This document shows, in pieces, positions 31,219-42,417 of a DNA stretch of 64,000 nucleotides. The stretch is from Limnothrix sp. BL-A-16. Lineage in GTDB: Bacteria > Cyanobacteriota > Cyanobacteriia > CACIAM-69d. The stretch's first letter is position 1. The number at the start of each line of letters is the position of its first letter. Where the stretch lies: NCBI GenBank assembly GCA_041937175.2, contig CP166615.1, positions 2,528,001 to 2,592,000 of the forward strand, in the 5' to 3' direction. Below the pieces are notes generated by a model. It did not search any database and had not been told where the DNA came from. It saw only the letters and a list, made by a program, of their open reading frames with translations. The position numbers and the translations under genes are program-made.

Positions 31219-32178
31219 ATGACGGGAGAAACCGGCGCGCTCAATCAGGGTTGGGTTTATCAAGATTGGGTCGATCGCGCAGCGGCGGGCCTCACCCTCT
31301 TGGCCTACTACAGCCAACACTATCGACACTCCACAGAACAGACTTGGCGCGATCGAATTTTAGCGGGTCAAATTTTGGTTGAAGATTGCCCGGCCAGTCC
31401 TCAGCAAATTCTGCGATCGGGACAACGGTTGACCTACCATCGCTCTCCTTGGGTGGAACCAACCGTGCCCCTCGATTTCGCAGTGCTCTATGAAGATGCA
31501 GATCTGTTGGTGGTGGCGAAACCCGCTGGCTTGCCCGTGATGCCGGCGGGAGGTTTTTTGGAACATACCCTGTTGCGGCAATTGCAAAAACGCTATCCAC
31601 AATCCAGCCCTGTGCCCATTCACCGACTGGGGCGCGGCACTTCCGGTTTGGTCTTGCTGGCCCGATCGCCCCAGGCCCGATCGCACCTGACCCAACAAAT
31701 GCGCGATCGACAAATACATAAGGTCTACTGGGCTTTGGCGGTGGGTAACGCTCCCCTGGATCAGTTTCGGATTGAGCAGCCGATCGGCAAAATTCCCCAC
31801 CCCCAATTGGGGCATCTTTACGGGGTCACCCCGGATGGAGCCTTTGCCCGCAGCGATTGCCGAGTGTTGCGGCGGGATCATGACCAAATGTTGGTCGAAG
31901 TCACCATTCTCACGGGCCGCCCTCACCAAATTCGGATTCACTTAGCCGCCGCTGGATTTCCCCTTGTGGGCGACCCGCTCTATGGAGTCGGTGGACAACC
32001 ACGACTGACCCCGATCGCGCCGGAGGCCTCCAGAGATCCCGAGGCGATCGCCCTGCCCGGCGACTGTGGCTATTGGCTCCATGCCCAAACCCTCGTCTTT
32101 CGCCATCCCCGCACCCAAGCCCCGATCGAGGTTTCTTGTCCTGCGCCGTCGCAATTTGGCCAACCCGCCCATCGTTAG
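31219..32178 (+). CDS. RluA-family RNA pseudouridine synthase homolog (catalytic Asp replaced by Gly)
   Basis: VVAKPAGLPV, HRLGRGTSG, TGRPHQIRIH, GDPLYG, WLHA. Confidence 0.9.
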   Translation: MTGETGALNQGWVYQDWVDRAAAGLTLLAYYSQHYRHSTEQTWRDRILAGQILVEDCPASPQQILRSGQRLTYHRSPWVEPTVPLDFAVLYEDADLLVVAKPAGLPVMPAGGFLEHTLLRQLQKRYPQSSPVPIHRLGRGTSGLVLLARSPQARSHLTQQMRDRQIHKVYWALAVGNAPLDQFRIEQPIGKIPHPQLGHLYGVTPDGAFARSDCRVLRRDHDQMLVEVTILTGRPHQIRIHLAAAGFPLVGDPLYGVGGQPRLTPIAPEASRDPEAIALPGDCGYWLHAQTLVFRHPRTQAPIEVSCPAPSQFGQPAHR

Positions 32179-32243
32179 CACCAAATCTTGAGCGCCAGAT
32201 CTTGAGCGCCAGATCTTGAGCACCAAATCTTGAGCATCAAATC
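32177..32243. repeat. 14-bp tandem repeat (about 4.5 copies) between convergent genes
   Basis: agc(a/g)cca(a/g)atcttg units. Confidence 0.85.
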
Positions 32244-33193
32244 TAGGGAGCTTTGGAACCCGCCGCCGAACCGCCGATTTGCACATTGGGCGTTTGGATG
32301 GTTGGGGCTTGCTGACCGTTCCATTTTTCAATGCGAGTCCGTTCCACCCGCAACCGTTCCAGCTCCAATAATTGCGGGGTAATGGAACCCGCCCGCAGGC
32401 GATTGGACTCCGCCTCTGCCCGGGCCTGCTCGATCGTCACCAACGCTTCTCCCTTGGCCCTCGCCACATTGGAAGCCGCCTCCGCTTCCACTTTGCGACG
32501 ATTGGCCTCGGCCGTTTGGGCCGCCTGTTGGGCCGCAAACTGTTCGTTAATACTTTTTTGAATGTCCGGGGGCAGCCGCAACGGCCCCAACAGGGACACA
32601 TCTTGAACAGTGATGAACTGAAAGCGCCGCTGCACACAGGCCCGCACCGTTGCCACCAATCGCTGCTGACTGGTGGGCACTTGCACAGGGGTCAGGGCTA
32701 AGGTTTCCGCCGCTTCCGAAAAACAATTTCTCAGCCCATTTCTCAACTCATTTGCCCGAAACTGATCGGGGGTTTTGCGATAGGTTTCATAGAACTCATG
32801 CAGTCTAGTTCTGGTGGTGTTGGGAATCGCTTCCGTAGAAAAACCAAACGATAGGCCCACATCCGCCGAAACGGGACTACCGGCTACGGAAAACACGATC
32901 GACTCATCAACGGGTGAGCCTTCCGTTGTTTCTTTGGTGAAAGGATAGGTATTGACAAAGGTTGGAAAAACAACAATTTCTTCCGTGTAGCCATTAAACC
33001 AAACACGCCCCGAAACCAATTCAGCTTTATCAATTCCTTTGCTGCCACCATAGAGTTGAATTTTGAGGCCGGCATACCCTGGCTCAACGGTGGTGATGCT
33101 GGTTCCGGGAATGATGCCACAGGCGTTAAGGGCTGAGGTAAGCAGGGCAAGAGCTGAAGTTTGGATGATTACTCGTTTTGGAAGTTTTGTCAT
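32243..33193 (-). CDS. SPFH/band 7/prohibitin family protein, probable lipoprotein
   Basis: LNAC lipobox, VEPGYAGLK, Ala/Glu-rich coiled coil, EKWNG C-terminus. Confidence 0.85.
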   Translation of the reverse strand: MTKLPKRVIIQTSALALLTSALNACGIIPGTSITTVEPGYAGLKIQLYGGSKGIDKAELVSGRVWFNGYTEEIVVFPTFVNTYPFTKETTEGSPVDESIVFSVAGSPVSADVGLSFGFSTEAIPNTTRTRLHEFYETYRKTPDQFRANELRNGLRNCFSEAAETLALTPVQVPTSQQRLVATVRACVQRRFQFITVQDVSLLGPLRLPPDIQKSINEQFAAQQAAQTAEANRRKVEAEAASNVARAKGEALVTIEQARAEAESNRLRAGSITPQLLELERLRVERTRIEKWNGQQAPTIQTPNVQIGGSAAGSKAP

Positions 33194-33355
33194 GGTTGAT
33201 TCTCACACCTTCAATCAAAAAACAGTTAAAAGGATGACTAGCGAGCATTAATCATGAATTGAACCAGCAATTGAGCAAAATACGAATCGAGACACCTATT
33301 AAAAATCAATTAATTTACTAACTTTAAATAAAGCTCGAATTGAGTCATGTTTTCA

Positions 33356-33486
33356 GAGGATGTCTGAAAAGTGTCTTTTGGCACGGGCAATGCACCAATA
33401 GTCTTGGGGGCAAGGGGCTTAAGCCCCTTGTCTTCGTCGATCGATGGGGCGTGCAGAGTATCGATTTTGGCTTTTCAGACATCCTC
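33356..33486. mobile_element. 131-bp MITE with perfect 16-bp TIRs, TCA target-site duplication and internal REP-like palindrome
   Basis: GAGGATGTCTGAAAAG ... CTTTTCAGACATCCTC; TCA at 33353-33355 and 33487-33489; CAAGGGGCTTAAGCCCCTTG at 33411-33430. Confidence 0.85.
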
Positions 33487-33966
33487 TCAGGGCGATCGGT
33501 GGGTGGATTGGATGGATTGTGACGGATCAGCAGCATCGGCAATAGGCCATTGATGATCAGTTGCCAGGTCAGGAGAATGCTGCAACAAATCCAAGGGCGA
33601 TCGATTCAAGGCGCGATAGGTTTCGTCCTGGTTGAGCAGTTGCAAGGTTTCGATCGCCTCCTCCACCGCTCGCGAAGAAATCGTCAGTAACTGCACAATT
33701 CGTAGTCGTCGATAGACCGGATCGTATTGCGCCAACAGGGTTCGGGCCCGTCGAGCATCTAGCCACCGCCACAGGCCATAACCCAGCGATCCAATCCAGG
33801 CGATCGGCACACCCAACACAATTGCAAACCCCAAGAGGGGCCAAGGGGAATTGAGAAAGAACGGTGCGATCGCAAAGAGAATCAAACCCAGCAAGATTTC
33901 TCCCAGGGCCGTGAGTAACCAACGTTGCCAGGTTTGAAGCGGCCAGCGCCGCCAGCGTCGTTTCAT
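33487..33966 (-). CDS. Hypothetical membrane protein (2 TM)
   Basis: Basic N-terminus, two hydrophobic helices, host-like codon usage; start uncertain. Confidence 0.6.
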   Translation of the reverse strand: MKRRWRRWPLQTWQRWLLTALGEILLGLILFAIAPFFLNSPWPLLGFAIVLGVPIAWIGSLGYGLWRWLDARRARTLLAQYDPVYRRLRIVQLLTISSRAVEEAIETLQLLNQDETYRALNRSPLDLLQHSPDLATDHQWPIADAADPSQSIQSTHRSP

Positions 33967-34230
33967 GGCTACCTTGCCCATCGCCTGTGCAATGGCATGT
34001 TGAATCGCCGGTTTCGATGTGCTGAGAAGTTGGGTGATTGCTCGATCGTAGCCAGCGATGCCCACGATTGCCCAGCGTTTGATCGATCGACCTATTGATC
34101 GACCGATCGATCGGCCTTGGGATTTACATCACCGGGGCCACGAAGCCGATCGACCTTGGCAAAATGAAATGAGCTGCCCCAGTTTCCGGGCCAGTAGCCG
34201 CATCGATCCACCCTCACCCCCCGATCGCCC

Positions 34231-35403
34231 TTGAACTCCCTGCTCACCGACCTGACCAAACTTCGCCCCCACTTGCGATCGCGCCTGTTGCTATCTCACC
34301 TGCTGGTGGTTTTCCTCAGCATCGGTAGCTTTGCGTTGGTGGGTTGGTTTTCGTCCCCCAAAACCTTTGTTTGGAAGCTGGATGAGCTGGAGGTGCGGGG
34401 GTTTCGGTTGCGCTATGCCCGCACGCAACTGGTGAACAGTTTTGGGTTTGTGTTGCAGCAAAGCACTCTTTGGTCAGCGCTGGTGGGGGCCACGGCGGCA
34501 GGGGCCTTTAGCTATTGGGCGGCTTTGCGGATTGCACGGCCCCTGAAGCATATGGAAGAGGTGACTGTACGGTTTGCCTCGGGGGAACTGGATGCCCGCA
34601 TCCAAGCCAGTGATATTCCAGAACTAAATCAGTTGGGCAGTAGTTTCAACCGTTTGGCCACGAGCTTGGAGGGCACGGAGCAGCGCCGCCGGGATTTGAT
34701 CAGCGACCTGACCCATGAACTGCGCACACCGCTGACGGTGGTGAGGGGCTATCTCGAAGAACTGAGTGAAGGGCGGATTGATCCCACGCCGGATTTGTTC
34801 GATCGCCTGATTCGCGAAACCAAACGGCTGGAGCGACTGGTGAGCGACACTCAAGAGCTATCGCGGGCAGAAACGGGCTATTTACCGATTCATGTGCAGT
34901 CGATCGACCTGCGGCCACTGTTGGAATCAATCATCAACCGCATTGCCGATCAGGTGTTTGATGATGAACCGAGGTTAATTCTCGACTGCCCGGCGGTCCT
35001 GCCGCTGGTGGCCGCCGATCCCGATCGGGTGGAACAGGTGTTGCTGAATCTGATGGGCAATGCCTTACGCCACACCACCTGTGGCTCAATTCGCCTTTGG
35101 GCCAGTCCCAAGGATGAACGCGCCCTTTGGGTGGGGGTCACGGATACGGGGGAAGGCATTTCTGAGGAAGATTTGCCCCATGTGTTTGAGCGATTTTGGC
35201 GTGCCGATCGCAGTCGTTGCCGCCATGAGGGCCGCCAATCCGCTGGCGTGGGGATTGGGCTATCCATTTCCCGGCGATTGGTGGAGCTTCAGGGGGGTGA
35301 AATGGAGGTGACCAGCGAGCTAGGCAAGGGCAGCACGTTTCAATTCAGCCTCCCGATCGCGATCGGGAGCGAGAAACTTCAGAAAAACATCGAAACAAAT
35401 TAG
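34231..35403 (+). CDS. Membrane sensor histidine kinase (HAMP-HisKA-HATPase, BaeS-like)
   Basis: DLTHELRTPLT H-box, NLMGNALRHT, DTGEGI, FERFWRAD, GVGIGL. Confidence 0.93.
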   Translation: MNSLLTDLTKLRPHLRSRLLLSHLLVVFLSIGSFALVGWFSSPKTFVWKLDELEVRGFRLRYARTQLVNSFGFVLQQSTLWSALVGATAAGAFSYWAALRIARPLKHMEEVTVRFASGELDARIQASDIPELNQLGSSFNRLATSLEGTEQRRRDLISDLTHELRTPLTVVRGYLEELSEGRIDPTPDLFDRLIRETKRLERLVSDTQELSRAETGYLPIHVQSIDLRPLLESIINRIADQVFDDEPRLILDCPAVLPLVAADPDRVEQVLLNLMGNALRHTTCGSIRLWASPKDERALWVGVTDTGEGISEEDLPHVFERFWRADRSRCRHEGRQSAGVGIGLSISRRLVELQGGEMEVTSELGKGSTFQFSLPIAIGSEKLQKNIETN

Positions 35404-35439
35404 CAGTAGTAGCATGACAGGCTTAATACATTGGGTCGA

Positions 35440-35510
35440 AGTTGCGGAGCCAGTCGTGGTAACAAGGGGCTTGAGCATCTTGCTGCCTAACGATTTGGTG
35501 ACGGTAACAG
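35440..35510 (-). repeat. Degenerate REP/MITE-family copy
   Basis: caaggggcttgagcatcttg at 35463-35482 with flanks resembling the 9790-9900 copy. Confidence 0.6.
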
Positions 35511-35665
35511 CCATGTAATTTAACCCAGTGAATTAGGGCAGCCACGCTAGTAGAAACATCCAGAAAACTTGAACCCCTCTCCCCAGCCCGAGCGATCGCC
35601 CAGGTAATCACACCAGTCATCGCCCAAATAATTGCCCAAATAATTGCCCCAGCAATGATCAGAAA

Positions 35666-36259
35666 CTATTCCACCTCGCGCCGACCTTCGAGGGCCTTCG
35701 CCAAGGTAACCTCATCGGCATATTCCAACTCACCCCCCACGGGCAACCCAAATGCAATTCTGGTCACCTTGGTAAAGGGCTTCAGGAGTTGAGACAGATA
35801 AAGGGTGGTGGTTTCCCCTTCAATGCTGGGCCCGATCGCCAAAATTACCTCATGGGTCTTTTCGCGATGCACCCGCTGCACCAGGGGCTGAATCGTCAGG
35901 CTTTCGGGGCCAATGCCATCCATAGGGGAAATGACTCCGCCCAAGACGTGGTAGCGCCCACGATATTCACGAGTGCGCTCGATCGCAATCAGATCCCGCG
36001 AGTCCGCCACCACACAGATCGTCTGTTGATCGCGGTTCGGGTTGCTGCAAACCTCGCAAACCGGCTCCGCCGAGAGGTGATAGCAAACCTGACAATGGCC
36101 CACCTGTTGCTTGGCATCCAGCAGCGCTTGGGCAAGGGTTTGAATTTCCGCCTCCGGGCGATTCAACAGATACAGCGCCAACCGCTGGGCAGATTTAGGG
36201 CCAATGCCCGGTAGCCGTTGCAATTGCTCAATTAATCGAGCCAAAGGACGAGTATAAAC
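35666..36259 (-). CDS. recR: Recombination mediator RecR
   Basis: [14 protein letters not shown]4 zinc finger, [27 protein letters not shown]; start placed at GTT 36259 after AGGAGG (alternative GTG 36292). Confidence 0.95.
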   Translation of the reverse strand, partial: VYTRPLARLIEQLQRLPGIGPKSAQRLALYLLNRPEAEIQTLAQALLDAKQQVGHCQVCYHLSAEPVCEVCSNPNRDQQTICVVADSRDLIAIERTREYRGRYHVLGGVISPMDGIGPESLTIQPLVQRVHREKTHEVILAIGPSIEGETTTLYLSQLLKPFTKVTRIAFGLPVGGELEYADEVTLAKALEGRREVE

Positions 36260-36369
36260 AGCACACCTCCTGCGCTGCGCCGCGTAAGGCACCAGTTTGT
36301 TTCGCAGCCGCGTATTCTAGCACTTCCCTTTCGGGCAAGCGGAGCCTACAATCGTGCTGATTTTTCGCA

Positions 36370-37062
36370 ATGGCTGGAACTATGACCGAGGCTCCGATCG
36401 ATCGCGCTCCCGAGCCTAACTTGGTCTCCCCTCAACTGTCCGGTGACCTCTTAGCGCTCTATCAAAACCTGCCCCCGATCGCCCTGGGCGTATTAGCCTC
36501 GGGAAGTGGCAGTAATTTTGAAACCATCATGGAGGCGATCGCCGATGGCCGCTTACGGGCAGAGGTGAAAGTGCTGATTTACAACAACCCCGGGGCCAAA
36601 GTCGCCGCCCGGGCAGCCCGCTGGGGCGTGACCGCCGTTCTCCTCGACCATCGCCAATACCCCGATCGAAACCAGTTTGACGCGGCCGTTGTCCAAGCGC
36701 TCCAAGCCGCTGGAGTGGAATGGGTTGCCATGGCCGGTTGGATGCGGCGGGCCACCGAAACCCTCGTCAATGCCTTTCCCCAACGGGCCATCAACATTCA
36801 CCCCAGCCTGTTGCCCAGCTTTCCCGGCATTCGGGCCGTTGAACAAGCCCTCGCCGCCCAAGTCAGAATCACCGGCTGCACAGTGCATTTCGTAGAACTA
36901 GAGGTGGACAGCGGCCCCATCCTGATGCAGGCTGCTGTTCCCGTTTACCCCACCGACAACGCCGAAACGCTCCACGCCAGAATTCAAACCCAAGAGCATT
37001 TGATTTTTCCCCAGGCGATCGCCCTGGCCATCGCCCAAGCCAATCAAGCCACTCAGCCCTAG
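36370..37062 (+). CDS. purN: Phosphoribosylglycinamide formyltransferase
   Basis: LASGSGSNF, NIHPSLLPSFPG, GCTVHFV..VDSGPI. Confidence 0.95.
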   Translation: MAGTMTEAPIDRAPEPNLVSPQLSGDLLALYQNLPPIALGVLASGSGSNFETIMEAIADGRLRAEVKVLIYNNPGAKVAARAARWGVTAVLLDHRQYPDRNQFDAAVVQALQAAGVEWVAMAGWMRRATETLVNAFPQRAINIHPSLLPSFPGIRAVEQALAAQVRITGCTVHFVELEVDSGPILMQAAVPVYPTDNAETLHARIQTQEHLIFPQAIALAIAQANQATQP

Positions 37063-37280
37063 TCGTTTCAAGATCAATCCAAAATCAATCCAAAATGCCC
37101 AAGAGTTACATGAACTCTCGGGCACTAAAGCATTAGCTTGAGTAACCAAATCCCCAACTGGGCAATTCAACCAGCACAGCTTTGAACTACTGGTAACTTT
37201 TTTAATTACTGGTAATTGCTGGCAATTACTGATTGAAATTGTTAGGGATAACTGGCGATCAACCGCCCTACTTAAAATCT

Positions 37281-37598
37281 CTAGAGCTTCACTTCAATAT
37301 CCACACCAGCCGGCAAATCGAGCTTCATCAAAGCATCGATCGTTTTCGACGACGGCTGATAGATATCAACCACGCGGCGGTGAGTGCGCGTTTCAAAATG
37401 CTCACGCGAATCCTTGTCCACGTGGGGAGAACGCAGCACGCAATAGATCTTGCGCTTCGTCGGCAGCGGAATCGGGCCCACCGCCGTCGCGCTCGTGCGG
37501 TTCGCCGTATCCACAATCTTTTCGCAGGAAGCATCCAACAGCTTTCGATCGAAAGCTTGCAAGCGGATCCGGATTTTCTGTTGCTGAATCGTCGCCAT
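37281..37598 (-). CDS. rpsJ: 30S ribosomal protein S10
   Basis: [32 protein letters not shown]. Confidence 0.98.
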   Translation of the reverse strand: MATIQQQKIRIRLQAFDRKLLDASCEKIVDTANRTSATAVGPIPLPTKRKIYCVLRSPHVDKDSREHFETRTHRRVVDIYQPSSKTIDALMKLDLPAGVDIEVKL

Positions 37599-37716
37599 AC
37601 TCAAGGACTCAGGGGGTGTAAAGACTCAATTTTCAAGGTTCAGGGTTTGACTGAAGACAGCCGTAGGAACGCTGAATCCAGCGCTCCTACAGTGTCTAGC
37701 TCAGATGAACCAACAA

Positions 37717-38946
37717 CTACTTAACGATCTTGGCAACCACACCAGCACCAATCGTCCGGCCGCCTTCGCGAATAGCGAAGCGCATCCCCTGTTCGATTGC
37801 TACCGGGCAGATCAGCTCAACCGTCATCTTGATCCGGTCACCGGGCATCACCATTTCCACGGTCGAGCCGTCGTCAGCGGTGTAAGCCGTGATTTGACCG
37901 GTCACATCCGTAGTCCGCACATAGAACTGAGGACGATAGCCAGCGAAGAACGGGGTGTGGCGGCCGCCTTCTTCCTTGGTCAACACGTACACTTCAGCCT
38001 CGAATTGCGTATGGGGGCTGATCGACTTCGGCTTCGCCAGCACCATACCGCGCTCGATATCTTCCTTTTGGATACCGCGCAACAGCAAACCAGCATTGTC
38101 CCCAGCCATCCCTTGATCCAGGGACTTCTTGAACATTTCCACACCGGTCACAGTGGTGCTGCGAGTGTCCTTCAGACCCACGATTTCCACCGTGTCGCCC
38201 ACCTTGACGATACCGCGCTCGATCCGGCCGGTGGCAACCGTACCACGACCCGTAATCGAGAACACGTCTTCCACTGCCATCAGGAAGTCACGATCCACAT
38301 CGCGCTCAGGAGTGGGCACATAGCCATCCACTTCATCCATCAGCTTCAGGATCTTGTCAACCCACTCGTTTTCGCCGCGAGCGATCTTGGGGTTAGCGGT
38401 CAGGGCTTCCACAGCCTTCACAGCCGAACCGATCACGATCGGGATGTCGTCGCCGGGGAAGTCATAGCTGCTCAGCAGTTCACGGACTTCCAGTTCAACC
38501 AGCTCCAGCAGTTCAGCATCATCCACCAAGTCTTCCTTGTTCAGGAAAACCACCAGGTTGGGCACGCCCACCTGACGAGCCAGCAGGATGTGCTCACGGG
38601 TTTGGGGCATGGGGCCGTCAGCCGCCGACACCACCAGGATGCCGCCGTCCATTTGAGCAGCACCGGTGATCATGTTCTTCACGTAGTCCGCGTGACCGGG
38701 GCAGTCCACGTGGGCATAGTGGCGCTCTTCGGTCTCGTATTCCACGTGAGCCGTGTTGATCGTGATCCCACGGGCTTTTTCTTCCGGTGCGGAGTCGATG
38801 TCGGCGTAGTTACGAGCCTTGGCCTTCCCTTGGGCTGCCAACGACATGGTGATTGCAGCAGTCAGGGTCGTTTTGCCGTGGTCAACGTGCCCGATCGTCC
38901 CGATGTTGACGTGAGGTTTAGTCCGTTCAAACTTTTCGCGTGCCAT
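37717..38946 (-). CDS. tuf: Elongation factor Tu
   Basis: [30 protein letters not shown]. Confidence 0.99.
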   Translation of the reverse strand: MAREKFERTKPHVNIGTIGHVDHGKTTLTAAITMSLAAQGKAKARNYADIDSAPEEKARGITINTAHVEYETEERHYAHVDCPGHADYVKNMITGAAQMDGGILVVSAADGPMPQTREHILLARQVGVPNLVVFLNKEDLVDDAELLELVELEVRELLSSYDFPGDDIPIVIGSAVKAVEALTANPKIARGENEWVDKILKLMDEVDGYVPTPERDVDRDFLMAVEDVFSITGRGTVATGRIERGIVKVGDTVEIVGLKDTRSTTVTGVEMFKKSLDQGMAGDNAGLLLRGIQKEDIERGMVLAKPKSISPHTQFEAEVYVLTKEEGGRHTPFFAGYRPQFYVRTTDVTGQITAYTADDGSTVEMVMPGDRIKMTVELICPVAIEQGMRFAIREGGRTIGAGVVAKIVK

Positions 38947-38971
38947 GAGTCTTGTGCGTTCCTTTTCCTTG

Positions 38972-41047
38972 CTATGCGTTCCCCTTACTCTTCGCGATGA
39001 TCGCCTCAGCGACGTTGCGAGGAACTTCGCTGTATTGGCTGAACTCCATCGAGAAGATACCGCGGCCTTGCGTCATCGAGCGAATGTCGGTGGCATAACC
39101 AAACATTTCTGCCAGAGGTACTTTAGCAGCAACCTTGGCCGTTCCGCTCTCGGAACCCATCCCTTCGATTTGACCGCGACGGGAGTTGAGGTTCCCCATC
39201 ACGTCACCGAGAAACTCTTCAGGAGCTTCAACCTCAACCTTCATCAAAGGTTCGAGGAGGACGGGTGCTGCTTTCATGACCGCCTCGCGGACAGCCATGG
39301 AGCCAGCAATTTTGAATGCCATTTCCGACGAGTCCACATCGTGGTAAGACCCATCGACCATGGTGACCTTCACATCGATCAGTGGGTAGCCTGCTAGGAT
39401 ACCGGATTCGCAAGCTTCGCGCATCCCCTGTTCCGCAGGGCCGATGTATTCCTTCGGCACCACACCACCGACGATCTTCGAGACGAACTCAAAGCCCGTC
39501 CCCGGTTCGCCCGGCTCAATTTCAACCACCACGTGGCCGTATTGACCCTTACCACCGCTCTGGCGGACAAATTTGCCTTCTGCCTTGGCAGCCTTACCGA
39601 TGGTTTCGCGATACGCCACCTGCGGCGCACCCACGTTGGCTTCCACGCGGAATTCCCGCATCATGCGATCTACGAGGATTTCGAGGTGCAGCTCACCCAT
39701 CCCAGCGATCACGGTTTGGTTGGTTTCCGAGTCAATGCTGACGCGGAAGGTCGGATCTTCTTCCGAGAGAGATTGCAGGGCCTTGGACAGTTTTTCCATG
39801 TCCTGCTTGGTCTTCGGCTCAACGGCCACCGAGATCACCGGCTCAGGAATGAACAGGGATTCCAGAATGACCGGATCGCTTTCGCTGCAAATCGTGTCGC
39901 CGGTAATGGTGTCTTTCAGACCCAGGGCTGCGCCAAGGTCGCCAGCACGCATTTCGTCTACTTCGATTCGTTCGTCAGCTTTGAGCACGATCAAGCGCGA
40001 AATCCGCTCTTTCTTGCCCTTGGTGGCGTTGTAGACGTAGCTACCCTTGGTGATCACGCCGGAGTAGACCCGGATGAAGGTCAAGCGACCATAGGGGTCA
40101 GCCATGATCTTGAAGGCCAGGGCTGCTGGGGGTGCGTTGTCGTCGGCCGGACGGGTCACTTCCGAACCGTCGGGCAGCAGACCCTTAATCGGGGGCACGT
40201 CGATCGGGGCGGGCAGGTAGTCCACCACGGCATCGAGCAGCAGTTGAACCCCTTTGTTTTTGAAGGCAGAGCCGCAGAGCATGGGGACGATCGTGCCGTC
40301 GATTGTGCCCTTGCGCAGCGCACCCTTGATTTCCTCTTGGGTCAGCTCTTCGCCTTCAAGATACTTTTCGGTCAAGGCATCGTCGGTTTCGGCAACCGCT
40401 TCCACCAACTTCAGGCGATATTCATCAGCCAGGTCAACCAGATCTTCAGGAATATCGGTTTCTTGGATGTCGGTGCCCAGATCGTTGGCGTAGATGTAGG
40501 CGCGCATCTTCACCAGGTCAACAATGCCGCGCAACTCAGATTCAGCCCCGATCGGGATTTGAACCGGCACCGCATTGGCCTTTAGGCGATCGCGCACCTG
40601 ACCATAGACCTTGTAGAAGTTCGCACCCGTCCGGTCCATCTTGTTCACGAACACAATCCGGGGGACTTTGTAACGGTCAGCTTGCCGCCACACCGTTTCC
40701 GACTGGGGCTGCACGCCACCCACCGAACAGAACACCGCGATCACACCATCGAGCACCCGCATGGAGCGCTCCACCTCGATCGTGAAGTCCACGTGACCAG
40801 GCGTATCAATGATGTTGATCTTGTGATCGTTCCAGCTCGTACTGATGGCCGCAGCGGTGATCGTGATTCCACGCTCACGCTCTTGCTCCATCCAGTCCGT
40901 GACGGCAGTTCCCTCGTGAACTTCACCGATCTTGTGAACCACGCCCGAGTAATACAGAATCCGCTCGGTCGTCGTTGTTTTGCCCGCATCAATGTGGGCG
41001 GCAATTCCAATATTTCGCACTCGTTCGAGCGGAATCGATCTGGCCAC
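38972..41047 (-). CDS. fusA: Elongation factor G
   Basis: [30 protein letters not shown]. Confidence 0.99.
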   Translation of the reverse strand: MARSIPLERVRNIGIAAHIDAGKTTTTERILYYSGVVHKIGEVHEGTAVTDWMEQERERGITITAAAISTSWNDHKINIIDTPGHVDFTIEVERSMRVLDGVIAVFCSVGGVQPQSETVWRQADRYKVPRIVFVNKMDRTGANFYKVYGQVRDRLKANAVPVQIPIGAESELRGIVDLVKMRAYIYANDLGTDIQETDIPEDLVDLADEYRLKLVEAVAETDDALTEKYLEGEELTQEEIKGALRKGTIDGTIVPMLCGSAFKNKGVQLLLDAVVDYLPAPIDVPPIKGLLPDGSEVTRPADDNAPPAALAFKIMADPYGRLTFIRVYSGVITKGSYVYNATKGKKERISRLIVLKADERIEVDEMRAGDLGAALGLKDTITGDTICSESDPVILESLFIPEPVISVAVEPKTKQDMEKLSKALQSLSEEDPTFRVSIDSETNQTVIAGMGELHLEILVDRMMREFRVEANVGAPQVAYRETIGKAAKAEGKFVRQSGGKGQYGHVVVEIEPGEPGTGFEFVSKIVGGVVPKEYIGPAEQGMREACESGILAGYPLIDVKVTMVDGSYHDVDSSEMAFKIAGSMAVREAVMKAAPVLLEPLMKVEVEAPEEFLGDVMGNLNSRRGQIEGMGSESGTAKVAAKVPLAEMFGYATDIRSMTQGRGIFSMEFSQYSEVPRNVAEAIIAKSKGNA

Positions 41048-41276
41048 TTTAACCTCCTGGGACTCCTATCGCAGATACCATGTTACATCCTTGTTAAGTA
41101 ATCGAAACAAAGACAGAACGCTGGGGAAACAGATTGGGCTGACCGCTATTTAAGAATGCGATCAAACCCCACTGCCACCAAAACGCTTGTCTCAGTTTCC
41201 AACTTACGAGGACTGAAGCACTGAGCCATTTGTCAGCCGATGAATCGTCGTGACAAACGCTCGAAACTCTCGAAAC

Positions 41277-41747
41277 CTAGTAGCGATAGTGAGCAAAGGC
41301 CTTGTTCGCTTCCGCCATCCGGTGCGTTTCTTCGCGCTTCCGGATTGCGCTACCCGTTTCGTTGGCCGCATCCATCACTTCATTCGCAAAGCGGCTCACC
41401 ATGCTGCGGCCACCGCGTTGGCGAGCAAATTGGATCAACCAGCGCAGGGCCAGGGCAATGCCCCGATCGCTCCGCACTTCCATGGGCACTTGGTAAGTTG
41501 CACCACCCACCCGGCGAGCTTTTACCTCCACCAGGGGCGTTGCGTTCTTCACGGCCCGCTCAAAGATATCCAGGGGTTCCGAGCCAGTGCGCTCTTGGAT
41601 GAGCTTGAAGGCATCGTAAACAATCCGGGAAGCGACCGACTTCTTGCCAGATTTCATGATCCGGCGAACAGTCATGCTGACCAGGCGGCTGTTGTAAACA
41701 GGGTCAGGGGGAACAGGGCGTTTGTTGACAGTTGTACGACGAGACAT
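41277..41747 (-). CDS. rpsG: 30S ribosomal protein S7
   Basis: [25 protein letters not shown]. Confidence 0.99.
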   Translation of the reverse strand: MSRRTTVNKRPVPPDPVYNSRLVSMTVRRIMKSGKKSVASRIVYDAFKLIQERTGSEPLDIFERAVKNATPLVEVKARRVGGATYQVPMEVRSDRGIALALRWLIQFARQRGGRSMVSRFANEVMDAANETGSAIRKREETHRMAEANKAFAHYRY

Positions 41748-42036
41748 ATAACAGTAGCCGTTAGGTCACAATCAGAGCGTGAACAAGCAAACTAAAACTT
41801 TGGTGTCGCAAAGTCCATGAATATCTGCCACCCAGTCAGCACTCAGTCAGGGGGCTGCATGGGTGCTTGCTGGGAGCCTGAAATGGCTAACCGCGATTTT
41901 CTAATTCCTTTGCGTACCAAGCACCCGAGCAGTCACCGACAACTGCGTCATGAGCAATTTCAATTGTTGAAAATTGTTGAATTGGCCATGCTGAAGTTGC
42001 GGTTAACAGTGCCGGCCCGGGACTACGGAACCACCA

Positions 42037-42417
42037 TTATTTTTGGGGCTTCGGGCGCTTCGCACCGTACTTGGATCGCCCTTGCTTACGATCTTTAACG
42101 CCGGCAGTGTCAAGGGTTCCGCGAATGATGTGGTAGCGCACGCCGGGCAGGTCTTTTACCCGACCACCGCGAATCATGACCACTGAGTGTTCTTGCAGAT
42201 TGTGCCCAATGCCCGGAATGTAGGCTGTCACTTCAAAGCCGGAGGTTAGGCGAACACGTGCCACCTTACGCAGGGCAGAGTTGGGCTTTTTGGGTGTGGT
42301 GGTGTACACGCGCGTGCAAACGCCGCGGCGCTGAGGACAGCTTTTGAGCGCTGGCGATTTGGTTTTGCTCTTAGCTTTGGCGCGCTCAGATCGGATGAGT
42401 TGCTGAATCGTGGGCAT
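42037..42417 (-). CDS. rpsL: 30S ribosomal protein S12
   Basis: [27 protein letters not shown]. Confidence 0.99.
   Translation of the reverse strand: MPTIQQLIRSERAKAKSKTKSPALKSCPQRRGVCTRVYTTTPKKPNSALRKVARVRLTSGFEVTAYIPGIGHNLQEHSVVMIRGGRVKDLPGVRYHIIRGTLDTAGVKDRKQGRSKYGAKRPKPQK

Noticed and set aside
32177..32243. Possible mini-CRISPR
   Set aside because: Units are 14 bp and contiguous, with no spacers and no cas genes
37705..39000. 431-aa + strand ORF opposite tuf (and 39533-40585 opposite fusA)
   Set aside because: Antisense shadow ORFs arising from codon bias in highly expressed genes
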